Source of the DNA: Ignavibacteria bacterium | GTDB taxonomy: Bacteria; Bacteroidota; Ignavibacteria; Kapaibacteriales; Kapaibacteriaceae | Assembly (NCBI GenBank): GCA_013204605.1 | Contig: JABMNI010000041.1 | Coordinates: 170-64,169 of the forward strand | Length of the DNA: 64,000 bases | Direction of reading: 5' to 3' | Part shown: piece after piece, positions 29,102 to 39,110 of the stretch | How positions within the stretch are numbered: the first letter of the stretch is position 1 | Layout: the number at the start of each line of letters is the position of its first letter | Translations under genes and position numbers: made by a program | The notes under the pieces: generated by a model | The model's input: the letters and a program-made list of their open reading frames with translations, nothing else | The model's database searches: none | What the model was told of the DNA's origin: nothing

Positions 29102-30687
29102 TGATAGGATTTGGATCGTATCGAATCAACACCACAAACGCCCAGCACGAACAAGCGCTCAAACTCGCACTTGCCAACGGCATAACGCTCATTGATACCA
29201 GCACCAATTATGGTAACGGACAAAGCGAACAACTTATCGGGCGAGTTATAAACGCGAGAAATTCTGATGCGGGAAATTCTAACGCTGATAATTCTAACGC
29301 GAACATTTCTAACACGGAAAATTCTTACGCGGAAAATTCAGCGGTGCAAGTAGTTACTAAGGTGGGATATATTCAGGGCGACCTCCATGATTTTGCGCTA
29401 GCGCACGAGGCCATGGGCAACCCCTTTCAGGACGTGGTGAAACTCTCCGACGGGCTCTGGCACTGCATTCACCCAGATTTTCTCGAGGCAGTTCTCGAGC
29501 AATCTTTTGCCCGACTTCAAACCCCGCACGTCCACGCCGTGTTGTTGCACAACCCTGAATATTTTTTGCAACTGGCGTTCAAAGAATCCAAGGATGTCGA
29601 TGAATCCCGCACCGAAATGTACCGTCGCATCGCTCTTGCTTTCGAGTATCTGGAAAGTTTAGTTGTTAAGGGGCTTATCAGTGCGTATGGAATTTCGTCA
29701 AACACGTTCGTTGCCGATGCTCAAGCGTACGATCATGTAAGTCTTGAGAAGTGCATTGAAATTGCACGTGCTATTGCAGAGACAAGTTCAAGTGATAGCG
29801 TGAGCTCAAACTCAAGCGAGAGTGCTGGGCTGGTTTCGAATAATAGCACAGCTGTTGGCGTGCAAAATACTTCCAGCTCGGTACATAATTTCAAGTACGC
29901 GCAATTCCCTTTCAATTTGTTGGAGAACGACGCCGTGCTTTGCAAGAACCAATCCGACGGTACGATGTCTACATTGGATGTAGCTCGCGCCAACAACATG
30001 TTTGTCATGGGAAACCGACCTCTCAATGCATTTGTCGATGGTGAGTTGATTCGCCTTGCAACACACGTGCTGCCGGGTCAGGAGAACATCGCCGACCTCA
30101 GCGATTTCGCACAAGAAATCGAAACCACAATTCACGCACTCGAGCTTGTTGAGCACGAAGTCACACAAGATGTAATTCGAAATGCGAATGTAGATGCAGA
30201 GGAGCAACCAAAGGTTCACGAAGCCTTCCGAATTGCCAGCGCCTTGTGTTCTGCGTGGAACACTTTTCAGGGCAAAATGCACTGGGAGGATGTTCGCCGC
30301 GCACATCTCGACACGCGCCTGCAGACCGTTACAGAATACGTAGATCGAATGTCAGATCCGGCAAGCTTGTTATCCTACATCGAAAGTATTTCTGCCTTAC
30401 TCGACCAACTCTCGCTTCTGTATACGGCAGATGAAAATGAATCGCTCGATTCAATGCGCGAACGTCTAACGGAAATTTTTTCGCTGCCTTCAACCACGCC
30501 CCTTCAACACATTGCCATTCATGCTGTTAATCACACGCAAGGTGTCGGCGCTGTCCTAGTTGGAATGCGCACCCCGCAATACGTACGCGATGTCCTGCAG
30601 TGCGCTCAGCTGCCACCATCAACTTACGATGAACAAACGTGGGAGAAAGTACGAGAAGCGTTGGTGGAACTGTCGGCGGAAGAGTGA
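29101..30687 (+). CDS. Aldo/keto reductase family protein
   Basis: GFGSYR, IDTSTNYG.G.SE, TKVGY, LLHNPE, YGISSN, VLVGMR. Confidence 0.88.
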   Translation: MIGFGSYRINTTNAQHEQALKLALANGITLIDTSTNYGNGQSEQLIGRVINARNSDAGNSNADNSNANISNTENSYAENSAVQVVTKVGYIQGDLHDFALAHEAMGNPFQDVVKLSDGLWHCIHPDFLEAVLEQSFARLQTPHVHAVLLHNPEYFLQLAFKESKDVDESRTEMYRRIALAFEYLESLVVKGLISAYGISSNTFVADAQAYDHVSLEKCIEIARAIAETSSSDSVSSNSSESAGLVSNNSTAVGVQNTSSSVHNFKYAQFPFNLLENDAVLCKNQSDGTMSTLDVARANNMFVMGNRPLNAFVDGELIRLATHVLPGQENIADLSDFAQEIETTIHALELVEHEVTQDVIRNANVDAEEQPKVHEAFRIASALCSAWNTFQGKMHWEDVRRAHLDTRLQTVTEYVDRMSDPASLLSYIESISALLDQLSLLYTADENESLDSMRERLTEIFSLPSTTPLQHIAIHAVNHTQGVGAVLVGMRTPQYVRDVLQCAQLPPSTYDEQTWEKVREALVELSAEE

Positions 30688-30734
30688 TGCCGGGTAACTA
30701 TCCATCCCAACAAGCACCAGGCTCTTCGTAAATT

Positions 30735-30815
30735 TGCATTGGGATTTTTGCATTGGCATTATGAATTGGCATTGATGATTGGCATTCTCAGATTTACACA
30801 TTTCCACATTTACAC
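30735..30815. repeat. Low-complexity intergenic repeats (TTGGCA / ACATTT units)
   Basis: Repeated ATTGGC and CACATTT units; same family at 31455-31525, 39030-39110, 44570-44980, 57995-58270, 59655-59715. Confidence 0.75.
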
Positions 30816-31463
30816 ATGATCCTCGCTCCGTCTTTACTCGCCGCCGATTTCGGCCACCTATCCAGTCAAATCGCCGAGTGCGAAGCAGCCGGAGCAGACA
30901 TTCTGCATATCGACGTCATGGACGGACACTTTGTCCCGCCCATCTCGTTCGGCGTCAGCCTCATGCCGGCAATTCGCGCCGCAACCACATTGCCCCTTGA
31001 CGTACACCTCATGGTCACCAACCCCGACCACCACATCCCGCAATTTGCCGACGCCGGAGCCAACTGGATTTCCGTTCACGCCGAAGTATGCCCGCACCTC
31101 CACCGCACGCTCCAATCCATCCGCCAACGCGGATGTCGCGCCGGTATCGTGCTCAACCCCGCCACTCCCCTCACCTACGCTACCGAAGCCGCCGAACACG
31201 CCGACTTCATCCTCCTCATGAGCGTCAACCCCGGCTATGGCGGCCAAGCCTTCATCCCCTCGTTCTTCGAACGCTGCAGTTCTTTGCGTGAGAGTCTAAA
31301 TGAAAAGGGGCTTTCCCACATCCAAATAGAAGTCGACGGCGGCGTAAACGCCTCCAACATCAAAGCCGTGTGCGATGCCGGAGCCGAAATAATCGTCAGC
31401 GGAAGCGGAGTGTTTAAAGGGGATATTGCGCAGAACATCTTACAGATTCGGGCAAATGTGTAA
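30816..31463 (+). CDS. rpe: Ribulose-phosphate 3-epimerase
   Basis: APSLLAADF, HIDVMDGHFVP, DVHLMV, MSVNPGYGGQ, EVDGG. Confidence 0.96.
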   Translation: MILAPSLLAADFGHLSSQIAECEAAGADILHIDVMDGHFVPPISFGVSLMPAIRAATTLPLDVHLMVTNPDHHIPQFADAGANWISVHAEVCPHLHRTLQSIRQRGCRAGIVLNPATPLTYATEAAEHADFILLMSVNPGYGGQAFIPSFFERCSSLRESLNEKGLSHIQIEVDGGVNASNIKAVCDAGAEIIVSGSGVFKGDIAQNILQIRANV

Positions 31464-31522
31464 ATGTGGAAATCTGAGAATGCCAATGGCAAATGCAAAT
31501 GTGGAAATGCGTAAATCTGAGA

Positions 31523-31870
31523 ATGACAATGATAATTAGTCTTGAGGTCATTTGTTACCTACTGTTGTTGCTAGCATCGTTTGAATTGCTACCTAATATT
31601 GGCATTGAGCGGCACACCGTTGTTGCGATTATCATGTCTGTGATTACGCTGTACTCATGGAATCGGCGATCAGTAATTCCCGCATTCAAAATGGTGAGCT
31701 TGGGCAGTTTGATATCCATGCTGGCGCTTGGACTCATACCTTTGATGAGTTCAGTTTCCATTCCCATTTTTGTTTTTCTTTGTGTTGATGGTTTTGTGCT
31801 TGTAGTGTTCTTGGTGACGGTTGCAACAGACATTACAACAATGGTCGGCAGTAAGCCACTGGCCGAATAG
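31523..31870 (+). CDS. Small hypothetical membrane protein
   Basis: About four hydrophobic segments; start uncertain because upstream codons derive from repeats. Confidence 0.5.
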   Translation: MTMIISLEVICYLLLLLASFELLPNIGIERHTVVAIIMSVITLYSWNRRSVIPAFKMVSLGSLISMLALGLIPLMSSVSIPIFVFLCVDGFVLVVFLVTVATDITTMVGSKPLAE

Positions 31871-31911
31871 GATGCTTTAGCCGGCTGGGTAAGTCCTGCA
31901 TGGACGACACA

Positions 31912-32045
31912 TTAATTCCGGTAGAACACTTTGCGCTCAACGTGCCCATCTTGCAAGCGGATGGTGGCGGCGTAGATGCCCTTCGGAGACTCGAGGGAGT
32001 TGTCGAGAATTACTTTACACTGTGTGCCATCACATCTTGATTGTC
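31912..32045 (-). pseudogene. Orphan remnant resembling a T9SS C-terminal domain
   Basis: Start-less frame ...KVILDNSLESPKGIYAATIRLQDGHVERKVFYRN*. Confidence 0.35.
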
Positions 32046-32199
32046 ACATTTTAGCCTCCTTCCAGCACTTATTCAGCGTATTAGCAAACACTTTAGGATT
32101 ACAACGGCAGACTCCGGCAGAACGGCACTTGCGTTTCAGTCAAATTGACGGTGATATTTCTACTTACACTTACTGTTATCTATTTTTCCTATATTTGTT

Positions 32200-32538
32200 T
32201 TGAATATAACGTTTGATAACAACAAACTAGCACGACTGGCCAACAACTTCAATAGATGTCAGAAGGAGATGGGTGCCTTTCGCGCAAAGCTCTTTCACAG
32301 ACGCCTGGGCGATTTGTTGAACGCTGAAACGCTGGAAGATGTTCGATATCTCCCGGGCAAATACCACGAGTTGATTGGTGATAGAAAGGGTCAATGGGCT
32401 TGCGATCTCGATCAACCTTATAGAATGATTTTTGTACCTCACGAGAAGCCCGTTCCTACTAACCAGCATGGAGTTTCCGAATGGAATCAAATCAGGGGTG
32501 TGATAATCTTGGAGATTGCTGACTATCATGGCAAATAG
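32200..32538 (+). CDS. HigB-like (RelE/ParE superfamily, killer protein) toxin
   Basis: LPGKYHELIGDRKGQWACDLDQPYRMIF, ends EIADYHG; toxin upstream of antitoxin. Confidence 0.85.
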   Translation: MNITFDNNKLARLANNFNRCQKEMGAFRAKLFHRRLGDLLNAETLEDVRYLPGKYHELIGDRKGQWACDLDQPYRMIFVPHEKPVPTNQHGVSEWNQIRGVIILEIADYHGK

Positions 32539-32544
32539 TTGCTA

Positions 32545-33651
32545 ATGGAAACGAATAATATGACAACGAAAGAGCACACATATAAACCACAAATAGCATT
32601 CCATCCGGGTGAAACCTTGCGGGAAAAACTGGACGAGATGAACATGGGACCCAAGGAGTTTGCTGTGCGCACTGGCAAGCCAGAAAAGACCGTGATTGCC
32701 ATTTTGAATACCACGAGTAGCGTTACTCCCGAAATGGCAGTCAGATTTGAACATGTGTTGAAAATCCCCGCACATTTTTGGCTGAACATGCAACGCCACT
32801 ATGATGAGTATGTAGCTCGTGAACGCCACACCGCAACGCTGAAAGAGCAGTCCAATTGGGCAAGGGGCTTTCCCATTGCTGACATGGTAAAGAAAGGCTG
32901 GATTCCTGAGCGAACCACAATTTCTGAAAAGACGCAAGAGCTACTGTCCTTCTTCAGCGTGAGCAACCACGAAGCCTGGGCGAACTACTATCTCAATCAA
33001 GAGTTGAAAGTAGCTTTTCGAATCTCGCTTGAACACGTGAAGGAGCCTCATGCAGTTTCGGCCTGGTTGCGCAAAGGCGAACTTCAGGCCGCGAACGTGA
33101 AGGTTGTTCCATACAATGAGCAGAAATTCAAATCTCTGCTGCCGAAGATGAAGTCAATCATGTCCTCACCGCCAAACAACTTTTTTAAACAATTGCAGAG
33201 TCTGTGCCTGCAGGCAGGTGTAATCGTGGTCCACACACCGTGTATTAAAAACGCGCCTATCAACGGCTGCACTCGTTGGTTGAACCATGCACCCCTCATT
33301 CAACTTTCAGGAAGAAATAGTAGGAACGACATCTTTTGGTTCACGTTCTTCCATGAGGCCGGACACATTTTGTTGCATGGCAAAAAGGACATATTTCTGG
33401 AGGATCTCGAGTACTCTGAGTGTGATGCTCAAAAGGAATATGAAGCTGATGAGTTTGCGAAGCGGTGGACGCTTACTACCGAGCAGGAATCCGAAGTTTT
33501 ACTCCACATGCCCTTAACAGAAAAGGACGTAATTGGATTTGCGAAAAAGTTCAAAACTCATCCAGCTATCATCGTAGGTAGACTTCAACGCAGTGGACAC
33601 GTTCGCCGGTCGTTTGGTGCAAAGTTCTTTGTGCACGTGGAACTGGAGTAA
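32545..33651 (+). CDS. HigA-family XRE antitoxin fused to ImmA/IrrE-like metallopeptidase domain
   Basis: HPGETLREKL...TPEMAVRFEHVL..PAHFWLNMQ (HigA HTH); FWFTFFHEAGH (HExxH) and EYEADEFA. Confidence 0.88.
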   Translation: METNNMTTKEHTYKPQIAFHPGETLREKLDEMNMGPKEFAVRTGKPEKTVIAILNTTSSVTPEMAVRFEHVLKIPAHFWLNMQRHYDEYVARERHTATLKEQSNWARGFPIADMVKKGWIPERTTISEKTQELLSFFSVSNHEAWANYYLNQELKVAFRISLEHVKEPHAVSAWLRKGELQAANVKVVPYNEQKFKSLLPKMKSIMSSPPNNFFKQLQSLCLQAGVIVVHTPCIKNAPINGCTRWLNHAPLIQLSGRNSRNDIFWFTFFHEAGHILLHGKKDIFLEDLEYSECDAQKEYEADEFAKRWTLTTEQESEVLLHMPLTEKDVIGFAKKFKTHPAIIVGRLQRSGHVRRSFGAKFFVHVELE

Positions 33652-33677
33652 CCGTTGGGCGAAAGCTGAAAGCCGCG

Positions 33678-34898
33678 TTAATCGCCCTTCAACCTTGCAT
33701 GACTGAGTTTTGCGAGTGTGAACACCAAAGTTAGAACTACCAGCGCCACCATGCCCCCTACAAAGAAGTATGAGTCTGGGTACCATCGCTGGATGGCACC
33801 GGCCAGTGGATAGGAGAAGGCCCACCATAGATGCGACCAAGCAAAGTGGGCTCCGTATACTCTGCCTTGGATGGGCTTGGGAATGTGCAGTGCGATTAGT
33901 GTTTGCATGCTGACGTTTACTAAACTCTGTGCGGCTCCCGCTACAAACCAGGCTACCATCAGTATGGGCAACGTGAAAAGATTGGCAGGGATAATTACAA
34001 GAGAAACTAGTGTAGCGCCTGCAATGATTATGGGAACTAGGTTGGTGCCATGGCGTAGCGATCCAAGCCAAAAGGCGGCCATTGTAGCGCCAATGCCGAG
34101 GGCCGACATTACCCAGCCGTATTGCGCCACTTGCAAATGCAAACTTCCTTGCACGTACCCTACCGTGCCCACAAGTATTAACGCGCCTGCTACGGATGCC
34201 CCAAGCTGCATGAATAGTGGAAATCGTAACTGCGTTTCTCCAAACAACAGTCGGGTTCCTGTTTTGATGTCAGACCAGTTACTTTGCTTTTTACTCTTCG
34301 AATCTGGTGATGCAAGTAGGGGGCCAGGCAGAGCAACAATTACTATTGCCGCAATGAAAAATGTGGCAGCATCGATAAAAAAGATTTGACGTAATCCGAT
34401 GAACGCGGCCAAGGAGCCAGCAATGCCAGGTCCGAGGACGCCAAGTAATTGGTACGTAGATGCCGAGAGCGAAATTGCACGACCGTACATTATCTCGTCA
34501 GAAAAAACCAACGGTACCGTAGCGTTATACGTGGGCGTGAAGAATGCGTTGAATACGTTTAGCCCGAACATCAAAACATACAGTTGCCATACTTCAGTCA
34601 CAAATGGAAACATGCAAACAATTGCCAATCGAACGAAGTGCGTGGTGGCGAGTATGTACTTCCTGTCAAATCTATCAGCCAACACTCCGGCATACGGAGC
34701 CACAAAAACAAAGGCTGCTACACGTAGTGTTAGAGCGATTGAAAGTATCTCTGCAGAATTCGATGGTGACAATTCGAATGCCAATAAGGCTAAACCAAGC
34801 CACGTTATTGCATCACCAAACAAGCTTACTGACTGCGCAAAATACAGTTGCGCAAAAACCTTGTTCGATAAACTGCGAAAGACTTCGGGTAGCTTCAT
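33678..34898 (-). CDS. MFS transporter (H+ antiporter / MFS_3 type)
   Basis: AQSVSLFGD, motif A GVLADRFDRK, about 12 TM segments, IQGRVYG. Confidence 0.9.
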   Translation of the reverse strand: MKLPEVFRSLSNKVFAQLYFAQSVSLFGDAITWLGLALLAFELSPSNSAEILSIALTLRVAAFVFVAPYAGVLADRFDRKYILATTHFVRLAIVCMFPFVTEVWQLYVLMFGLNVFNAFFTPTYNATVPLVFSDEIMYGRAISLSASTYQLLGVLGPGIAGSLAAFIGLRQIFFIDAATFFIAAIVIVALPGPLLASPDSKSKKQSNWSDIKTGTRLLFGETQLRFPLFMQLGASVAGALILVGTVGYVQGSLHLQVAQYGWVMSALGIGATMAAFWLGSLRHGTNLVPIIIAGATLVSLVIIPANLFTLPILMVAWFVAGAAQSLVNVSMQTLIALHIPKPIQGRVYGAHFAWSHLWWAFSYPLAGAIQRWYPDSYFFVGGMVALVVLTLVFTLAKLSHARLKGD

Positions 34899-34913
34899 GT
34901 GCTCAATAGCCCC

Positions 34914-36182
34914 CTACACAGTTAGTGCGCCGATAGGTACAACGGAGATACCGTCGGTGGTTTGATAGTGATGACCAGTTCCAGTTAAAACAATCAGGGC
35001 CTTGGGTTCGCCTTTTTTTTCAAGATTGATTTTATCTCTGAATTTTATCAACGAACTGCTTGCTTCAACAACTCTGTCTGGACTCAACTTAATCTCGATA
35101 GCTATCCAATCACCGTTTCGTTTCTCCACAATTGCATCAACTTCCAGGTTGTCGCTATCGCGGTAATAGGAAACCGTTGCGTCGTGTAATTGTGCATACA
35201 CGAACAAGTCTCGCATTACTAAGTTTTCAAACAACTGACCCAGAAATGAAGTATCTCGGCGCAACAAATATTCGTTTGTATCAGCCGCAGCAGTTGCAAT
35301 TGATGGGTCGGCAAAATAGGACCGACGCGTTGTGCGCAGTCGCACCTTGGAACGAAGATGAGTGTTCCAAGCTGGCACCATGGAAATCAGCATCGATCTT
35401 TCCAATGCATCGATGTACGAGCTGACAGTTATCTCTGATACTCCTGCTCGATCACCCACGCTTCCCACATCGTTTGCTATGGTTGCTATGTTCATAGCTG
35501 CTCCAACACCTCGTGACATCGACTGCAAAACCGATCGAATTTTGTTTGGATCTCGAGACTTTGTTGTAGTTCCAATTTGTGCCACATCAATGCGAATCGA
35601 CTCTTCAACGTAGTCTCTGATTGCGTGTCTGGCCTGCGAAGACGTTAACCCAATATGACTAGGCCATCCTCCTGTTAACACATGCTCGATGATATCGCCA
35701 AACTCCAATGCGCTAGTTCCCAATTCAACCGGAATACCATTCAACAAGTCACCAAAAGATACCGCATTGGTTGAAAGCCCTAACTCAAACAGCGTCAACG
35801 GCCACATTCGCAGTCGGCTAAATCTCCCAGCACCTGAATGTCGTGTACTGTCTTTAGGCGGTCGTGCCGATCCCGTGAGAATAAACTGTCCCTTCATTCC
35901 ACGGTCATCCACGGCCCTTCTAACCACGTTCCATATCTCCGGATACTCTTGCCACTCATCAATTAGGCGCGGTGTAGCTCCCTCAACTGCTAACCTAGCC
36001 ACAAGTTCTCCTCCCGTATTTTTTGCCTTTTCTGTGTCAGCTCGAATTTCGCTTGCCGCAAACCTTCGCGCGGTAACGGTTTTGCCACATGCCTTTGGAC
36101 CCTCCAATACTATCGCCCCAGCGTAGGTTAGCCGGAACTCAATCATCTGATCCACTATTCTCTTATGATAATTCTTGTTCAT
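34914..36182 (-). CDS. AAA_14 ATPase with DUF4143 / nuclease-like C-terminus
   Basis: Walker A GPKACGKT, LIDEWQ, FILTGS, YFADPS, LFENLV, YYRDSDNLEVD, AIEIK. Confidence 0.9.
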   Translation of the reverse strand: MNKNYHKRIVDQMIEFRLTYAGAIVLEGPKACGKTVTARRFAASEIRADTEKAKNTGGELVARLAVEGATPRLIDEWQEYPEIWNVVRRAVDDRGMKGQFILTGSARPPKDSTRHSGAGRFSRLRMWPLTLFELGLSTNAVSFGDLLNGIPVELGTSALEFGDIIEHVLTGGWPSHIGLTSSQARHAIRDYVEESIRIDVAQIGTTTKSRDPNKIRSVLQSMSRGVGAAMNIATIANDVGSVGDRAGVSEITVSSYIDALERSMLISMVPAWNTHLRSKVRLRTTRRSYFADPSIATAAADTNEYLLRRDTSFLGQLFENLVMRDLFVYAQLHDATVSYYRDSDNLEVDAIVEKRNGDWIAIEIKLSPDRVVEASSSLIKFRDKINLEKKGEPKALIVLTGTGHHYQTTDGISVVPIGALTV

Positions 36183-36212
36183 CTGAATACAAACATACAC
36201 AAACTGCGATCA

Positions 36213-36281
36213 ATACTATAGGATTTGCGGAACTTATACTATAGGATTTGCAGTGTTTATACTATAGGATTTGCAGAATTC
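36213..36281. repeat. Three 23-bp tandem direct repeats upstream of the DUF4143 ATPase
   Basis: ATACTATAGGATTTGC core at 36213, 36236 and 36259. Confidence 0.9.
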
Positions 36282-36627
36282 TCAATATTTGGCTCTGATC
36301 ACAAATTATCTGCATAACACTCTACAAAATCTGAGTCGACGTGGGGTTAGGTTCACCGAATCTTGGGGTGCACTACGTTCCACAAATCTTAACCGCTCAT
36401 CGTGCAGTAACTAATGTTCTCTAAAAGATGAAGTGCTTTTTGTGAATTGGGGACTACAAGTCCGCGAGTATTAAGTAGTTCTAGTTGGTCAACCAGACTT
36501 AGTGAAGGCTTACAGTACTTCTTCTTAATCATTGCTTTTAAGCAAAATGATTAGCGGAAAAGAAAAAGCTCACCCTGAGCGCGCTGTTCTATGGGAAGCG
36601 AGTTGAGCATGTTGGTTCAACTATACG

Positions 36628-37557
36628 TTAAAACTCACTCTGGTCACGTAATATCCGCTTCATTTCTTCGATCGTATGCCTCGGCAGATGTTTCCTAACC
36701 ACATCCAAAAGCGCCAACGACAAATTCACAAACTGTTCGCGCTGCTCGAGTGGAATCACTGCGAGCTGTTTCTTCACGGCATCCACATCGCCCCTTACCA
36801 ACGGACCAGTCACATCGAAATCTTGATCCTGTTCGATGCTGACTTGAGCATTGTGAAGCGTGCGCTGCATGATAGGTATAAGGAACGTCTCGACTGGAAT
36901 GCCGGCCGTGTTTGCAAGATTGCGCGCAAGGTGATAGGCTGCGTACGTGAAATTAGAGGCGGCCACGGCGACGGCGTGATAAACTAATTTGTCGGAATCG
37001 TTTTGCAGTTTCAATTGAAAAGGGCTTCCCGAGAGCATTCCAATAAAGTGTGAGGCGCGCGAATAATTTACGTCGGCGCAATGCACGCCCCATCCAATTC
37101 CAATCAGTGCATTTGGATGCGAGTTGTTGAAGGTTTGAAATGGATGCGCAGCTACGCAAATGGCGCCATGCTCACCGCACGGCTGCAAGACAGAATACGG
37201 CAGCGAACCGTTTACATGCATAACCATTACGCCTCGCAGCGTACTGGTTTTTGCGTCGGCAATTTGGCGGACAACTCTCTCGAGCACGTTGTCTTTTACA
37301 GCGATAATAATTGTCGTGCGTTGTGCGATATCCCCAACATCTTCAACGCTACGATCACCAACACTCTCACCAACACCCGCACCAACACTCGCACCAACAC
37401 TCGCACCAACACTCGCACCAACACTCGCATCGTGTGTCAACCAATCTGCAAAATCATTTTTGTTCAGGCCAATAACATCCAAACTGTTCAGTTTGCAATA
37501 AGAAAATATTGCACCACCAACCCGACCAATCCCGACAATTATTATGCGAGGTTTCAT
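36628..37557 (-). CDS. Rossmann-like / DUF2520 oxidoreductase-family protein
   Basis: GIGRVG, IAVKD, HVNGS, HPFQTF, YHAVAVAASNF, TGPLVRGD. Confidence 0.88.
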   Translation of the reverse strand: MKPRIIIVGIGRVGGAIFSYCKLNSLDVIGLNKNDFADWLTHDASVGASVGASVGASVGAGVGESVGDRSVEDVGDIAQRTTIIIAVKDNVLERVVRQIADAKTSTLRGVMVMHVNGSLPYSVLQPCGEHGAICVAAHPFQTFNNSHPNALIGIGWGVHCADVNYSRASHFIGMLSGSPFQLKLQNDSDKLVYHAVAVAASNFTYAAYHLARNLANTAGIPVETFLIPIMQRTLHNAQVSIEQDQDFDVTGPLVRGDVDAVKKQLAVIPLEQREQFVNLSLALLDVVRKHLPRHTIEEMKRILRDQSEF

Positions 37558-39032
37558 GGCACTGGTTCCAACGTGTAGCCGTCCTTGCCATCCTTCATTA
37601 CAAAACCATTTGACGCAATTTCATCGCGAAGTGCATCGGCATCGGCCCAACGTTTTTCAGACTTTGCAAGCCAACGTGCCGACGCAATTTTTGCAACGTG
37701 CTCTGGAATTTCAGCAAATATTTGTTCAGTGAATTCCCAAACGTTCAACACGCAATTAACTCCCCACAACACTTCAAGGTACTGCGTGGCCTGGCTGATG
37801 TCCAACTCGGCTATCATAATTTTTGGTAACGCAGAAAATAATTCCGCCAGCGCCCGCGGCATGTGAAGGTCTTCTGCCAAGGCAGTGTATACGCTTTGCT
37901 GCAGAAAAAGGGGCTCACCCAACACGCTGATATCAGAACCGATGTAAGATTTCAGATTTGTTTTTTTCAACAACTGCCAAATAAGTTGTTGTATGCGTAT
38001 GCGAGTTTTGCCGGCAGCCACAACACCATCGAATGTGAAGTTTAACTTATTTCGGTAATGTCCGCTAATTAGCGAAAACCGCACATCACGAATGTCCAAG
38101 CCCCTTTCCAAAAGATCGGTAACTGTGTAGAAATTATTGAGCGACTTCGACATTTTTCCGCCGTCTACTTCCAAGAATTCTCCGTGGCACCAAAACGTGG
38201 CCTGCTCTACAATATGATAACCGGCGCAGCACTGCGCTAGTTCATCCTCGTGGTGCGGGAAGCGGTTGTCTACGCCGCCGGTGTGCACATCGAACGGCAG
38301 ACCCAACAGTTGTTTCGACATTGCAGAACATTCAATATGCCAACCCGGACGGCCGGGAAGGTTCTCGCCAGCAACCGTGAAATCCCAAAACGGTTCGTTC
38401 CCTTTTCGAGCCTTCCAAAGCACAAAGTCACTCACGGAATCGCGGTCATATTCATCTGCATCAATGCGAACTCCTTCGCGAAAGTTCTCCATATCCACGT
38501 GAAATATTCTGCCATACGTGTGAGTTTTTCGGTAAGCTGCAACATTGAAATACACCGAGCCCCCACTAACGTAACCGTACCCCGCATCAATAATTTTCTG
38601 CGTCAAATTGCGCATCTCGTCGATATAATCCGTAGCTCGCGGCATCGCTAAAAAATGTTTGCGCTCTATTCCCAATCGTGCAATATCATTCAAAAACATT
38701 TCCGAATAGTACTCCGTTAGCCTCCGCAAATTCACCATCGAATCATCAACCTGCGCGCCTAATTCTTTTGGCCAACTTGAACTCCCCATCGCACTGTCGG
38801 CAATTGTTTTATCGTCGATATCCGTAATGTTCATCACCCAGCGCACCCCATAGCCCCCTACCACGCGCATCACGCGCTGCAGAATATCGGCAAACAAAAA
38901 GCTCCGCATGTTTCCTATGTGCGCAGTGTTGTACACCGTGGGTCCGCACGAATAAATGCTAATCTCCCCTTCGGTAAGGGGCTTCACCGGCTGCACAGAT
39001 TTGGATAAGGCGTTGTATAAACTTACGATCAT
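37554..39032 (-). CDS. cysS: Cysteine--tRNA ligase
   Basis: YSCGPTVY, HIGN, NITDIDDK, GRPGWHIECSAM, KMSKS. Confidence 0.96.
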   Translation of the reverse strand: MIVSLYNALSKSVQPVKPLTEGEISIYSCGPTVYNTAHIGNMRSFLFADILQRVMRVVGGYGVRWVMNITDIDDKTIADSAMGSSSWPKELGAQVDDSMVNLRRLTEYYSEMFLNDIARLGIERKHFLAMPRATDYIDEMRNLTQKIIDAGYGYVSGGSVYFNVAAYRKTHTYGRIFHVDMENFREGVRIDADEYDRDSVSDFVLWKARKGNEPFWDFTVAGENLPGRPGWHIECSAMSKQLLGLPFDVHTGGVDNRFPHHEDELAQCCAGYHIVEQATFWCHGEFLEVDGGKMSKSLNNFYTVTDLLERGLDIRDVRFSLISGHYRNKLNFTFDGVVAAGKTRIRIQQLIWQLLKKTNLKSYIGSDISVLGEPLFLQQSVYTALAEDLHMPRALAELFSALPKIMIAELDISQATQYLEVLWGVNCVLNVWEFTEQIFAEIPEHVAKIASARWLAKSEKRWADADALRDEIASNGFVMKDGKDGYTLEPVP

Positions 39033-39110
39033 TATGAATTACGAATTATGAATTACGAATTGAGGATTAAGGATTGGCATTCTCACATCTACACATTTTC
39101 ACATTGGGCT

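Noticed and set aside
36213-36281. Possible mini-CRISPR array
   Set aside because: The constant part is 16 bp and the variable part only 7 bp; there are no cas genes, and the geometry does not fit CRISPR
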